A model generated the notes under the pieces. That model ran no database searches. It was given only the letters and a program-made list of their open reading frames with translations, and had not been told where the DNA came from. Positions 1 through 10,614 of a stretch of 64,000 nt of DNA are shown here, piece after piece. The stretch spans positions 4,086,880 to 4,150,879 of the forward strand of contig MU058337.1 of the NCBI GenBank assembly GCA_013265495.1. Reading direction: 5' to 3'. The position numbers and the translations under genes are program-made. This DNA comes from Vicugna vicugna. Its lineage: Eukaryota. Numbering within the stretch: the first letter of the stretch is position 1; each line of letters starts with the position of its first letter.

Positions 1-924
1 GGACTGTTTTGCAGCAGGGCTCCTAAGCCTCTCTTCCAACCGCCACCATTCTCTCATAAAGAGGGAGCGATATCCTAAAATTGGTCTATATATTCCAAAA
101 TATAGAGCCAAGCAAACACAAGTGATACCCTTACAGTTTTTATCTTCAGATTTTTTCAATCAGGAGAAAGAGGTGACTATGAGGTGTGAACCACTTGGGG
201 CTGTGTCATTGTCTATATTTTACACACTCTAAGTATACTGGAGAGCACGCCACAGCTTAAGGACAGAATACTCCTTCTTCAACAAGTGGAATAAAATCTG
301 GCAAGGATATTTAGCAAAATCTGAAAAGCAAATAAAACCCAAGTATTTTAACACACACTTTAGCTAAGTTCTCCTGTGCATTAATGATCACAAAAAAGTA
401 TAATAATAAAACCACCTGTAAAACTCTCTCTCATAAAATTAAAGAAAAATGTGCCAGATAAAGTATCAAAAGGTAAAAGAAAAGTTAGTAAAATTATTAC
501 ATAAGACAGGAACTCTTAAATATTCATATTCAGACATGAGTAAAACAAGAAGAAACTGCATATTAAATATACAAATGTGAGAAAGTTGGAGGGAGGAGGA
601 AAAAGGAGAAAGGAAAATATAGGGGGAAGGGAAGGAAAAGAGAGGAAAGAAGACAACAGTGTGCAAGTCATGGACAGTCAACCCACTCTGAGAGAAAACC
701 TAAATCAAGGAACAGAAGGAAATTCTGTGTGAGTACTTCCGACTTTATAATAACTAAAAATAAATTCAGTAAGATAAAATTTAACATATTAAATGCTAAA
801 ATTACATAATGGGTGTTACAGTAGTAAGTAAATAATTTAAGGACAAAAAGATGTATCATTTCCATGTTAAAAAATAATTTAGAAATGACAGGAAATCAAT
901 CTCAGATGTTCTAATTAACTCACA

Positions 925-1010
925 GACTCAGGGGAATCCGTGTTATGGATATTGTTTTAAATCACTAAGCTTTGGGGTATTTTGTTACACAGCATTAAAA
1001 AAAAACTAAA
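925..1010 (+). mobile_element. MaLR (MLT1-type) LTR 3' fragment
   Basis: ttgttttaaatcactaagctttggggtattttgttacacagca resembles an MLT1 3' terminus. Confidence 0.5.
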
Positions 1011-1149
1011 ATGCTAAAATAGAGGAATTTATAGTAAGCACTAAATCCATTTTAAAAGACTAAACATCCATGAAGCTTATAGTTATAAGGCAGGATGTAA
1101 ACATTATAATGATTGCAATGAGAAAAAGGATAGTAAGACTAATCATAGC

Positions 1150-1668
1150 TCCCACTTCACTTGGACTATAAGCCAAGGTCCTCACAGCGGCCTCTAGGGC
1201 TCTGACTGGTCAGTCCTCCCACCCTGCAAACCTCTGTCCTGTTCTATTACTCTTCCAGCCCTGATGGCTTCCTGCTGTTCCTAGAATTGGCTGATGGGTT
1301 TGATCTAGCTTTCCTGTGCCTAGAATGGTTACCCCAGGCATCTGACTCCACTCACCTCTTCTCTGCCATCTTGCCTTCATAATGAGTTATTTGAGAGTAT
1401 AACCTTCTCTCACTCCCACACCTGTCACCCCTGCTCCTGCTTACCCTTTTTTTTTTGCTATTTTTATTCATTTTTATTTATTAAATTATCATCATGTTTA
1501 CCTTCATTATTTACCTCCTGTCTCCCCCTGACTCTACTATTAGTTCCACAAGGGCAATTTTACTCATTGTCATTTTGTTCACTGACCGTTTTATTCATTG
1601 ATGTATCCCAAACACCTAGAACAGTTCCTGGCTCTTAGCAGATGCTCAAACATATATGAGTTAATACA
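1150..1668 (+). mobile_element. LINE-2 3' end
   Basis: L2-type phrases tggcttcctgctgttcctagaa and ttttgttcactga...cacctagaacagttcctggctcttagcagatgctcaaa. Confidence 0.7.
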
Positions 1669-1859
1669 GTTTGGAAGCTGGGAGGCAGAGAAGAAATGTG
1701 AGAATGCTGACTTTTCCTATCTTTTATGCTAGGGAGTCAACATTGCATAAAATTCAATGTGTTTTTAAATGCATTCAATGTCTTCTGCTTTCCATAATAC
1801 CCTCTCAATATTTATGTGAAGTTCTTTATTTGATATTTTTCTGATAAACTCGTATGATT

Positions 1860-2125
1860 TTTTCAAGATTTTACAAAAGTGTGCATACATGATCCCATTT
1901 TTATAAGCTTATCTTTATGCCAACAGAAAAACCTTATCCTTCCTTCCATTTATCCGCATAGGGACACCTCTGGCCCCACGCTCACTTAATATTAACAAAG
2001 GTTATTTCTGGAGGCTGGTATTTGGACATTTTTCTTACTTCCTTCTTTGAATTTGTTTGCGTTAATCAAATTCTTTATAATTAATATTTATCAGTTGTAA
2101 AAATTATAAAGTTAAATTTAAAAGA
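1860..2125 (+). mobile_element. Old L1 (L1ME-like) 3' fragment
   Basis: catgatcccattttta...ttaacaaaggttatttctgg followed by T-rich then A-rich tail, typical of L1ME 3' UTR remnants. Confidence 0.45.
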
Positions 2126-3527
2126 TAAATTTCTTACTGCTTAATGAGATATGTACCCAAATGTCCCCAAATAGCTCATAGTCAACATGTATCAAAAAAA
2201 AAAGCAAACCTGTCCTCATCCTTTTCACCCCAAGCTTGTTTTCCTTTGCTTCACTGAGGATGAATTACACTTGAAATTTAAATCTATCTTTGACTCTTTC
2301 TGTCTTAACAAGGCAACTAGTTATTAAGCATTCTTTGTTTCTAATTTTAATTAGTGTCTCAGATCCATTTCTGCTTCTCAATTCCATTGCTGTGATCAAA
2401 AACCCTGAGCAGGAAGAAGTTCAAGTTCCTTCCCCCATCACTCAAATATCTGCTCATTTGTCCTTGACTGCTTTTCCCACCTCAGCCACTCTCTCTCCCT
2501 GGCCTAGACACCCCTCTTGCATTCTTAAAAGCCTGGGCAACTTGCCTATATTTAAGCTTTCCTGTATGTTATTAATTCTACTTTCTTCTCTCTCTGTATT
2601 TAATAAAGTTTCCTTCAAAAAGCTGAATGTGTTTCAAAGTACAGAGGAACACAAGGAAATGTTGTCTGTCTTTTCTCTGTCTTAGTTTTCCCCAGCCTAG
2701 GGATTTGAAAGGAGCACCTGAAGATGGTGAGGAGACAGGGAAGGCGTGCTGCGAGGGAGGAAACCAAAGGAGAACATCTAGAAGAAGACACACAGAAGGG
2801 CACTTCCCAGTGGTTACTCAGCTGTCCCTCCACTTGGAAAGCTCTATTGCCAGGGTGCTATGTTCCATTTTTGGAGGTTATATGTTTTATTAGCGAGATT
2901 GGTACCCTGAATTTCATTTTTCAAAGTACTATTGAACGTGGACCCCCTGACATGACTGATGTATATTTGGTAGGCAGTGGCCAGGCTTTTGATCCCCTCT
3001 GAGTAGCCAGCAGGCCATGAAGCCACCTCCCAGGGTATCTCTCATGTGTGAGATGAGGGGCTGTGGTGGATGTGACCAGTTCCTTGAGGACCAGAGAGGC
3101 AATAAGAATCCAGGCCCGTGAAGAGAGGCATCAGAGGTCAAAGTGAAACCATGCTCAAGGACTTGCAAGGTTGGGGCTGGCAATAAATCTGAGGTCAAAG
3201 AAGGGTGGGAGAGAGTTGCTGAGCAAGGACAGTAAATCCCAATCACATAGCAGCACTGATAGGTGAGGCAGGAGGAAAGGCGGGGATGGTCTGCACAGTC
3301 GGGGCAGAGGAAACTGCATACAGGCGCCAGCCTCGGAAACCCCCATGACAGGGGTTTTCACACCCTGATACAGAGTGCTAAGCAAAGGTCCGCTTGAACG
3401 TGTGCAGGAGGAGAACGTTCTCATGCGTTTAGTTAGCAAGGACATCTTTCCCGATGCCATTCTGGTGCCGAATAACATAGTAATGAGTAAGAGAGAACCA
3501 TTCTCCAGAAGGGCCTTGGGGGGGTGG

Positions 3528-3960
3528 TGCTAAAGACCGAACTGTGTCCCCTCAAATTCATATGTTGAAGTCCCAACCCGAGTACCTCAGAAGGTGGCCT
3601 CATTTGGAATGTAAGGTCTTTGCAGGTGAACAGTTTAAGATGAGGCCATTAGGGCAGATCCAGATCCAATATAACTGTGTCCTTAGAGAAGGACAAAATT
3701 CAGACACAGAGGTAAACATGCACACAAGGAGACCGTCTTGTGAAGATAAAGGACGATACAGAGGTGATGCTTCTACCAGCCAAAGAACACCAACGATGGC
3801 CGTCAAACCCCCAGAAGCCGGGGGAGAGACGTGGAACAGATTCTGCCGCAGGGTCCTGAGAAGGAACCAGCCCGCCAACACCGTGATCTTGGACCTCTAG
3901 CCTTCAGAACTCTGCATACCAGTTGTGGTGCTTTGTAATGGCAACAGGAGCAAACGAACG
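3528..3960 (+). mobile_element. MaLR solo LTR (MLT1B/C/D-like)
   Basis: tgtgtcccctcaaattcatatgttgaagtcc...aaggtctttgcaggtg...gatcttggacctctagccttcagaact...ttgtggtgctttgtaatggca. Confidence 0.85.
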
Positions 3961-4737
3961 TGGGCGGAAACTGACAATAAATAAGTGAACAAATAAGTAT
4001 GCAGTGGATTCCCACTTGTAGTAAGGGCTTTCAAGGATTAGCAGGGTGATGGGGTGCACATGGGGGCAGGGGCACTTTTTTAAGGAGGGTCATCAGAAAA
4101 TGCTTCTCCGAAGAAGTCCATCTGAGGAAGACCTAAACGAAGTGAGGGGGTTAACAGTCCTAAGGGCAAATGGCAAGTGTTCTGGGGAGACAGTGTGGCA
4201 TGAGGCACTTAGTATTTGTTTGACACGAACCCTGTGTCCAAATTGATCCAAGGCTCTGAGAAAGGTCACTATTTTTTAAAAGGAGCTGATACCCCCAGGT
4301 CTTCCACATACTCCCTGTGTGATCTGAGCATGTCGCTTGATTCCTCTGAGCCTCAGTTACTTCATCTGTAAATTGGGGTGATAAGACCCTCCTCACAATG
4401 TCATAGACTGTTATTCTCTGACACGATGGCATGATCTTACTATTCCTAACTTGACAGATGATAATTTAGCTATTATCCTCTCCAGGAAGCCAAATTTTAC
4501 TTCATCGTTTGATGGCATATAACTGAAGAGCCGAGACCGCAGTGTCACCATTCTTTGAAATGATGCACCTGCGTTTCCTCCGGTTCCTGATGACATGAGC
4601 ACGTGGTTGAAGACTCGGGGAGACTCTGGCAAACAGTGAAAGGGCTCAGGTGGGAGCACGAGTTCTCCCTCTTTTTAAAGCTAGTGCCAACTTTCCAATT
4701 TCATACAATCTTGAAAACACTTAATTCATTAAGAGGC

Positions 4738-5140
4738 TGTGTCCATTTGCCAGTGTTGCCACCACAGAACACCACAGGATGGGAGGCTTCAGCGAGAGAA
4801 GTGTTTCTCCCCTAGCTCCAGAAGATGCAAGTCCAAGATCAAGGTGTCTTTGGGTCTGGTCTCCTCCCTGCCTCTCTCCTTGTCTTGCAGACGGCCGTCC
4901 TCTTTCTGTGTCCTCATGGGGCCTTTCCTCTCTACACAGGAACCTCTGGTGTCTCCTTTTGTGTCCAAACTTCCTCTTTTAAGGACTCCAGTCAGATTGG
5001 ATTAGGACCTCATTTAACGTAATCACCTCTTTAAAGGCCTTATCTCTAAATGTGGTTACATTACAAGGAACTAGGGGTTAGGATTTCAACATAGTGATTG
5101 GAAGGGTGAAGTGGGGAGAGACATGATTCAGCCCATAACA
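4738..5140 (-). mobile_element. MaLR solo LTR (MLT1-like)
   Basis: TG...CA ends (tgtgtccatttgcc...attcagcccataaca) and internal aagtccaagatcaaggtgtc. Probable 5-bp TSD gaggc/gaggt. Confidence 0.85.
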
Positions 5141-5214
5141 GAGGTTAATTCCTGTAAAACTCAAAGGAAACACTTATCTGATTGGCTTGAAAATTACAGC
5201 AGATAAGTAACAGT

Positions 5215-5620
5215 TTTACCCAGTTGTATTATGTAATAAAAATTCCCCAAACATTAATGGCTGATAACATGACGGCTTGCCTGTTACTCACACAGGCTGT
5301 GGACAGCTGTCACTCCATGTGTCTTCTCATTCCAGAAACAGATGAGGGAGCAGCTTTTAGGTAAGACCTACCATTCCCGTGGCAAAGGGAAAAGACCGGG
5401 GGAAAAAACGTGGTGCAAACACACAAGGACTCTCAAGATCTTCTGCCTGGAAGTACTCAAACCATCATCATCACTAACGTGCACCGAGCCAAGCTTAACA
5501 ACTGAGTGTGCTCCCCCAGCAGGGAAGCTGCAAGTCAACTTGAACAGGGGTGGCTGTCCAACCCCACCTCAGGGGAGGGCAGGAGGCAATTCACTGAGAT
5601 CAGTATTACAGTCTCCCACG
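5215..5620 (-). mobile_element. Old MaLR LTR (MLT1I/J/K-like), degenerate
   Basis: tatgtaataaaaattccccaaacattaatggctgataaca...ctccatgtgtcttctcattcca...ttacagtctcccac. Confidence 0.45.
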
Positions 5621-5690
5621 AGGCATGTCACAGATTCCGTGGAGTGTTCCATTTGTCAAGGTTCTAAGTGCAAAGTCAAATGTAAGTAAG

Positions 5691-5890
5691 ATTTCACACA
5701 GACAAGTGTAGAAAACAAACTTACGGTTACCAGGGGCAAAAGGAGGTGGGAAGGGATAAACTGGGAGTTTGAGATTTGCAGATACTAACTACTGTACATA
5801 GAGTAGGTAAATGATAAGGTCCTACTGTACAGCACAGGGGACTATATTCAATACCTTGTAATGGCCTATGGTGAGAAAGAATATGGAAAG

Positions 5891-5930
<40 letters not shown>

Positions 5931-6028
5931 AAATCACTGTGTTGTACACCAGAAATGAACACATTGTGGATCGACTGTACACCAATAAAAATAAACAAGT
6001 ATATAAATAAAACTTAAAAAATTTTTTA
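5691..6028 (+). mobile_element. 5'-truncated artiodactyl-type L1 3' end with internal (TA)n
   Basis: gaaaacaaacttacggttaccagggg...gagatttgcagatactaactactg...gtacagcacaggggactatattcaata, AATAAA and A-rich tail. Imperfect TSD aaatgtaagtaag (5678-5690) / aaatggaagtgag (6029-6041). Confidence 0.85.
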
Positions 6029-6499
6029 AAATGGAAGTGAGGAAGTCTTTATCCAGTTCATGAACGACAATAGGAGATACTAGCAAAATACACAAGTTGA
6101 TTTTCCACGTTAAGATTATGGGTCACTAAGGAAGCGAAAAGAACACCAGCATTGCCTTCTGTAAAGAGGGTTGGCTTGGAGGTTTCTCTAGGACTGATTA
6201 ACCCAAAAGTACTTTATTAAAGGTCCACAAAGATTAATGTTTTTAGACATTTGGGAAATGTTAAATTGATCACAAAATTACGAAGCCATGGTTAGTTAGT
6301 AACCGTTGGATGGTTAACAGAACCAACCGTTGTTAGATGGTGAAGGAGAAACGTCCGTCTCCCTACCTCTCACCTAGTCCTTACCCGCCCCGAGCCCCCG
6401 CTTCTACCTCCTGCTTTATTCTTCCATGATGTCATCTCAAGTCAAGTGTTACCGTGTGTCGCTCGCCTTCTCTACGGCAGGACATAGATCATCCCCTAC

Positions 6500-6955
6500 T
6501 CTGTTTTTACTAGAAGTGTTGTTATTTTTAACTCTCCATTGAAGTACGGCACACTTCTGACCCCTATGGGTCTCTTTTCTCCCTCATCCAAGGGTAATAG
6601 CACCCTGAACTCTAACATCATAGAGGACTGTTGCCTGTTTTTGCGCGTGTTCTTGTGTGTCTGGCTTCTGTCACTCAACATTAACTCTGCCGTGGTGGCT
6701 CATTCATCCTAATTTGTGTGTCAGATGACATTGGTGAACAGATCACCGTTATGTGCTCATTCTACTTTTGATGGACACTTGGATCATTTCCTGTTTGGAG
6801 CTATTGTGAATGGGGCTACATGAACATTATAGTTCATGTCTTTCGTGGAACTCCATTTATGGGCGTGTTCAGGTCTTTACCCGGGAATGGAATGACCGTG
6901 TCATAGGAGCTGTGTATATTTGGCTTTAGCCATTTTTGAAAGTGGTTGTACCATC
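6500..6955 (-). mobile_element. Old L1 (L1MC/ME-like) 3' fragment
   Basis: tctggcttctgtcactcaacat...gatggacacttggatcatttcctgtttggagctattgtgaa...aaagtggttgtacca. The ORF MLSDRSQTHK is the usual L1M 3' read-through. Confidence 0.75.
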
Positions 6956-8384
6956 CTCCAGACTTTTAATAAGGCTTCATCTTCATTATAAAAGCCTTAA
7001 CATAACAGTTGGTCTAGTGTTTCCAGCAGAAGCAGACCTAGAACTCAGAGCTTCTGATTCCAAGTCCAGTGCTTTTCACACTCAGTAAATTCTCAGCCCT
7101 TCATGCTACTTTCCTCTCTCCAACACTTCACTGCCTTTCTCCTTTAATGCCACTCGGATGCCTGGACAGCTAATGGTTCATGGACTATTCTCCTCAGGGT
7201 ATTTTTGCCTCAAAGAGGGTCAGTGGAGACTCCAAATAATAAATCCAATGGTGGGACTTTCAGTTTCCATAAAAGCTCAGTCCATAGGAAAGGATGGGAA
7301 AGAGGAGAGAGAGAGCATTGCAGTCGGAGGGAACTGTTCAAAGAATCTCTCGGGTCCAGAAAGACCGGTGATGTGAACAGAGCCCTTCCTGATGAAACAC
7401 AATAGGAAACAGAAAGCTCATCTTTTACCATCTGAACTTCAGAGCAAACACCTTGAAAAGCTATTAAACTCTCATTTCTCCAAAGCGATACACCAGAACC
7501 AAAGGAGAGCCTGAGCGGTCCGATTGACCCACAGTCCTCTGCTTCTCCCCCCAGGAGGCCCTGAAACAAAATCTGCTGCTGGTTTCCTGAAGACCGTACT
7601 GAGCCCAGGGCGTGAAGAAACTGAGCAGAAAAGACTGAGAAAGATGACAATGGAACTCAAGTCCAACCTCCCAGCAGCGCACTCAGGCGTGCCTCTGTCC
7701 CCGTGTTGTAATTAAAGAGAATGATTTTTACATATTTAGATATTTTTCTATTCATCCTGGTCTGATGCCCGAATTTGAATGCAGCTGAAGTGAAGGGTAT
7801 TAATTAGTTGTGAATCACTCTGATACTTGAATATAAGGCCTCATGAGTCGAATGTGCAAATTTATGTAAAAACAATGTGAAAATTAGAAATGCATTGGCA
7901 CATTTTTTTTTAACCAGAACTGTAGCACTCTGTCGAGTCAAACAGACTGCTCATTTGCAAGTTGTCTATATGCAAAGCATGCTGCCCCTGGGAGCCTCAG
8001 ATCTCCTTAGCGAGTCGTCTGAAATTCGAGACGGGCTTTGTTCTGACCCTGCTTTGTCTCTGACCCCTTTCTGTCCTGCGGAGGAAAGGCTCAGTAACGC
8101 TTGCACCTGGCGAACCCACGCTCCCCCAGAGCACGAAGCCCATCCCAGGAAAACTCCCAGTCCTTCCTCCCAACCCACTGGACCCCAATTTCCTTTCCAG
8201 ACCAGACCTGATGAAGGCAGAGGCTGTCTGCGGGGAGGTCCTGGGCTAGCTTTCAGGTGTGATGTTGGAGGTTAGAGCAGGGTAGCTGCTTGGAAAGCGG
8301 ACCCACGCTGCGTCTTTGTCAAGGTCGCATTCTGCGCTTTGCACCCCCACCCCCCGAGGGGCGCCTGGGGAAGCAGAGCCAGCG

Positions 8385-8417
8385 CTGCAGGTGCCAAGGT
8401 GAAGCAGCAGGGGGCGC
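8385..8417 (+). promoter_or_regulatory. CTCF-like motif (core plus upstream module)
   Basis: Core gcagcagggggcgc (8404-8417) is one mismatch from CCAGCAGGGGGCGC and is preceded by ctgcaggtgcc. Confidence 0.5.
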
Positions 8418-9859
8418 ACTCAGCTCAGCTGCCCTTGGCTGGCTGGCACCTGAGCAGACAAGCGGGCCAGAGGTCAGGAGACGCTTGGAGCGAGCCAGCA
8501 GGGCCGGGCCGGGTCATTCCACTCCTAGGAGTGGAAGGGGAGCCCTTATGGGAGGCAGCTAGTCATTTAGCTGTGGGAGTGGGAAGGGTGATCAGAGAGA
8601 GGGGGCATCTCCCGGGAACTGGCAGGCAGCCAGATGATGGTCGCCCACCAGGCGAAGCAAGGCAGCGGCAGAGCTGACGGCTGACGAAGAACGCTGCCGG
8701 GACCGTCGCTGCCCCAGCAGTGAGCTGAGTCGCTGTCACCCTTTCAGGACGTGGCTCAGGGTCTCGCAGCAGCTGGGACACTTGACTCAGCTGACGCCTC
8801 TGCTTGGTGGCGCCCCTGCTGCCCACAGCTCGCGTTTACGCAAGTTACGAAAAAGCTTAATTTCCCCCATCGAGTTGCTCTGTAAACGCTCTTTTCAGTA
8901 GGTTCTTCAAGAGGTGAGTGACCAGTAAGTTCAAGTTTCACCAGGCTTGGGAGCAACTGTCGTCACGCTGACATCGGTGTTCCGAGACCGGATGCTCCAA
9001 GCACCGGCACGGGGGGTCAACATCGTCACCGTGAACTGTGAGCTTGTCGGAAACGCAGACCTCTGGAGCCCACCCCCGACTTCCAGACTCAGAGCCTGTG
9101 ATTAAATTGAATAATACATTAGAAATTGTCCTAAAAATTATGGATCGTGATCAAAATACTCAGCTATTTTCTTAGGCTGCATCCTGACTCAATCATTGAA
9201 TTATAAACTCCTGGGAACAGGAAAGATCTCTCCTCTACCTCTTTTTTTTTTTTTTCACCTTCTCAGTACACTGAGTACAGCGTTCTGCCCATAATAATTT
9301 TGACCATTTGACAGATAACAAAAAGCAACCTCCCTGGAAACCTCAGCTCGCACCCCCCTTCCAAAAAATTTCTAATTTCAATTCCTGACTTCAAGCACAA
9401 AGAGCTGCTGTCACTTTGACCTAATCTTCTGCAGCTCATCCCTCTGAATAATTGTGTTGCCTCTCTCCATGAAGCACTTTGTTACTATGGCGACGCACAC
9501 GTAATTGTGTGTGTGAGGAATTGAGGGTGGCTCTCCCTGTCAGACGCCTTCCCACCAGACAACACGGAAAACATCCTACCCTTCTGCGTGTTACTGTCCC
9601 GTAGGTTGGCATCAAGCCCCTACAAGTTTCTCAAACTGAAATATTCTTTATGGACACTACAGACCAGTACAAGCAGGCAGCTTGATACAATAGGGAAATT
9701 AGTGAAGGAGGAAACAGGACGTCAGTGCTCCAGCTCAGAGTCTGATACTTGGAAATTTGACTTTGTCACAAGTCACTGGACTTCTCAGGACCCCATTTAA
9801 AGGAGATGAGATAAATGCATGCCTTCCCACGGCTTAACCCCTACGATCTTCTGTCATTT

Positions 9860-10237
9860 TCTAAGTTGATTTTATGTCACTTAACTGAAATTATTTAGAA
9901 AACCTACCCAGCATTAAACATTAACATGGCTTTTTTTATATGTCACGATTCGTTATCATGCCAATAAATGATTAATTCTAATTCTCTGTCTGGACCAATA
10001 CTTTGGCAGGACTTTTATGATTCATAATTTGTACTGTGTTGTAATGTTACCTCTCGAAACTGACATACTAGCATTTATTGTTTTTTATGGCCCCTTGAGG
10101 TGGCGTTTGAAGGAGACACCAGGTGGCATGTTTAGGGTTTAAAAGTTTGATGCGGCTGGAGTAGACAGAACTTATCTAGTGGGGAGTGGAGGACTGGTGC
10201 TTCTGTGGACTGTGAGCCTTTGAGCAGCAACCCAGCA
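9860..10237 (+). promoter_or_regulatory. SLC10A2: SLC10A2 proximal promoter / 5' UTR with HNF1- and CDX-type motifs
   Basis: HNF1-like sites attaaacattaac (9913-9925; rev. comp. GTTAATGTTTAAT) and ataaatgattaat (9964-9976). CDX-type sites ccaataaa (9961-9968) and ttttatggcc (10083-10092). HNF1A and CDX regulation of ASBT is established in other mammals. The TSS cannot be located from sequence. Confidence 0.6.
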
Positions 10238-10614
10238 ATGGATAATTCAGCAGTCTGTTTGGCCAATGCCACAGTTTGCAATGGCACGTCCTGTGTGGTA
10301 CCGGAGAGCAACTTCAATGCCGTTCTCAGTGTGATCCTCAGCGCCGTCTTGACTACCCTGTTGGCACTGGTGATGTTCTCTATGGGATGCAATGTGGAAA
10401 TCAAGAAATTCCTAGGGCACATAAGGCGGCCGTGGGGCATCTGTGTGGGCTTCCTCTGCCAGTTTGGAATCATGCCCCTCACGGGGTTCATCCTGTCAGT
10501 AGCCTTTGACATCCTCCCCCTCCAAGCCGTGGTGGTACTCATCATGGGATGCTGTCCTGGAGGAACCTCCTCCAACGTCTTGGCCTATTGGGTTGATGGT
10601 GACATGGACCTGAG
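10238..10614 (+). CDS. SLC10A2: SLC10A2 (ASBT/IBAT) coding exon 1, aa 1-126
   Basis: ATG at 10238 in context gcaATGg. Translates [26 protein letters not shown]...[39 protein letters not shown]...GCCPGG...YWVDGDMDL, closely matching mammalian ASBT. Donor AG|gtaaga at 10614/10615; 377 coding nt. Confidence 0.98.

Noticed and set aside
10205..10237. ORF-track N-terminal extension [11 protein letters not shown] from a GTG start
   Set aside because: The ATG at 10238 has good Kozak context and gives the canonical 348-aa length; nothing supports GTG initiation.
10132..10575. 147-aa antisense ORF over exon 1
   Set aside because: Shadow frame of the real coding exon with no recognisable homology.
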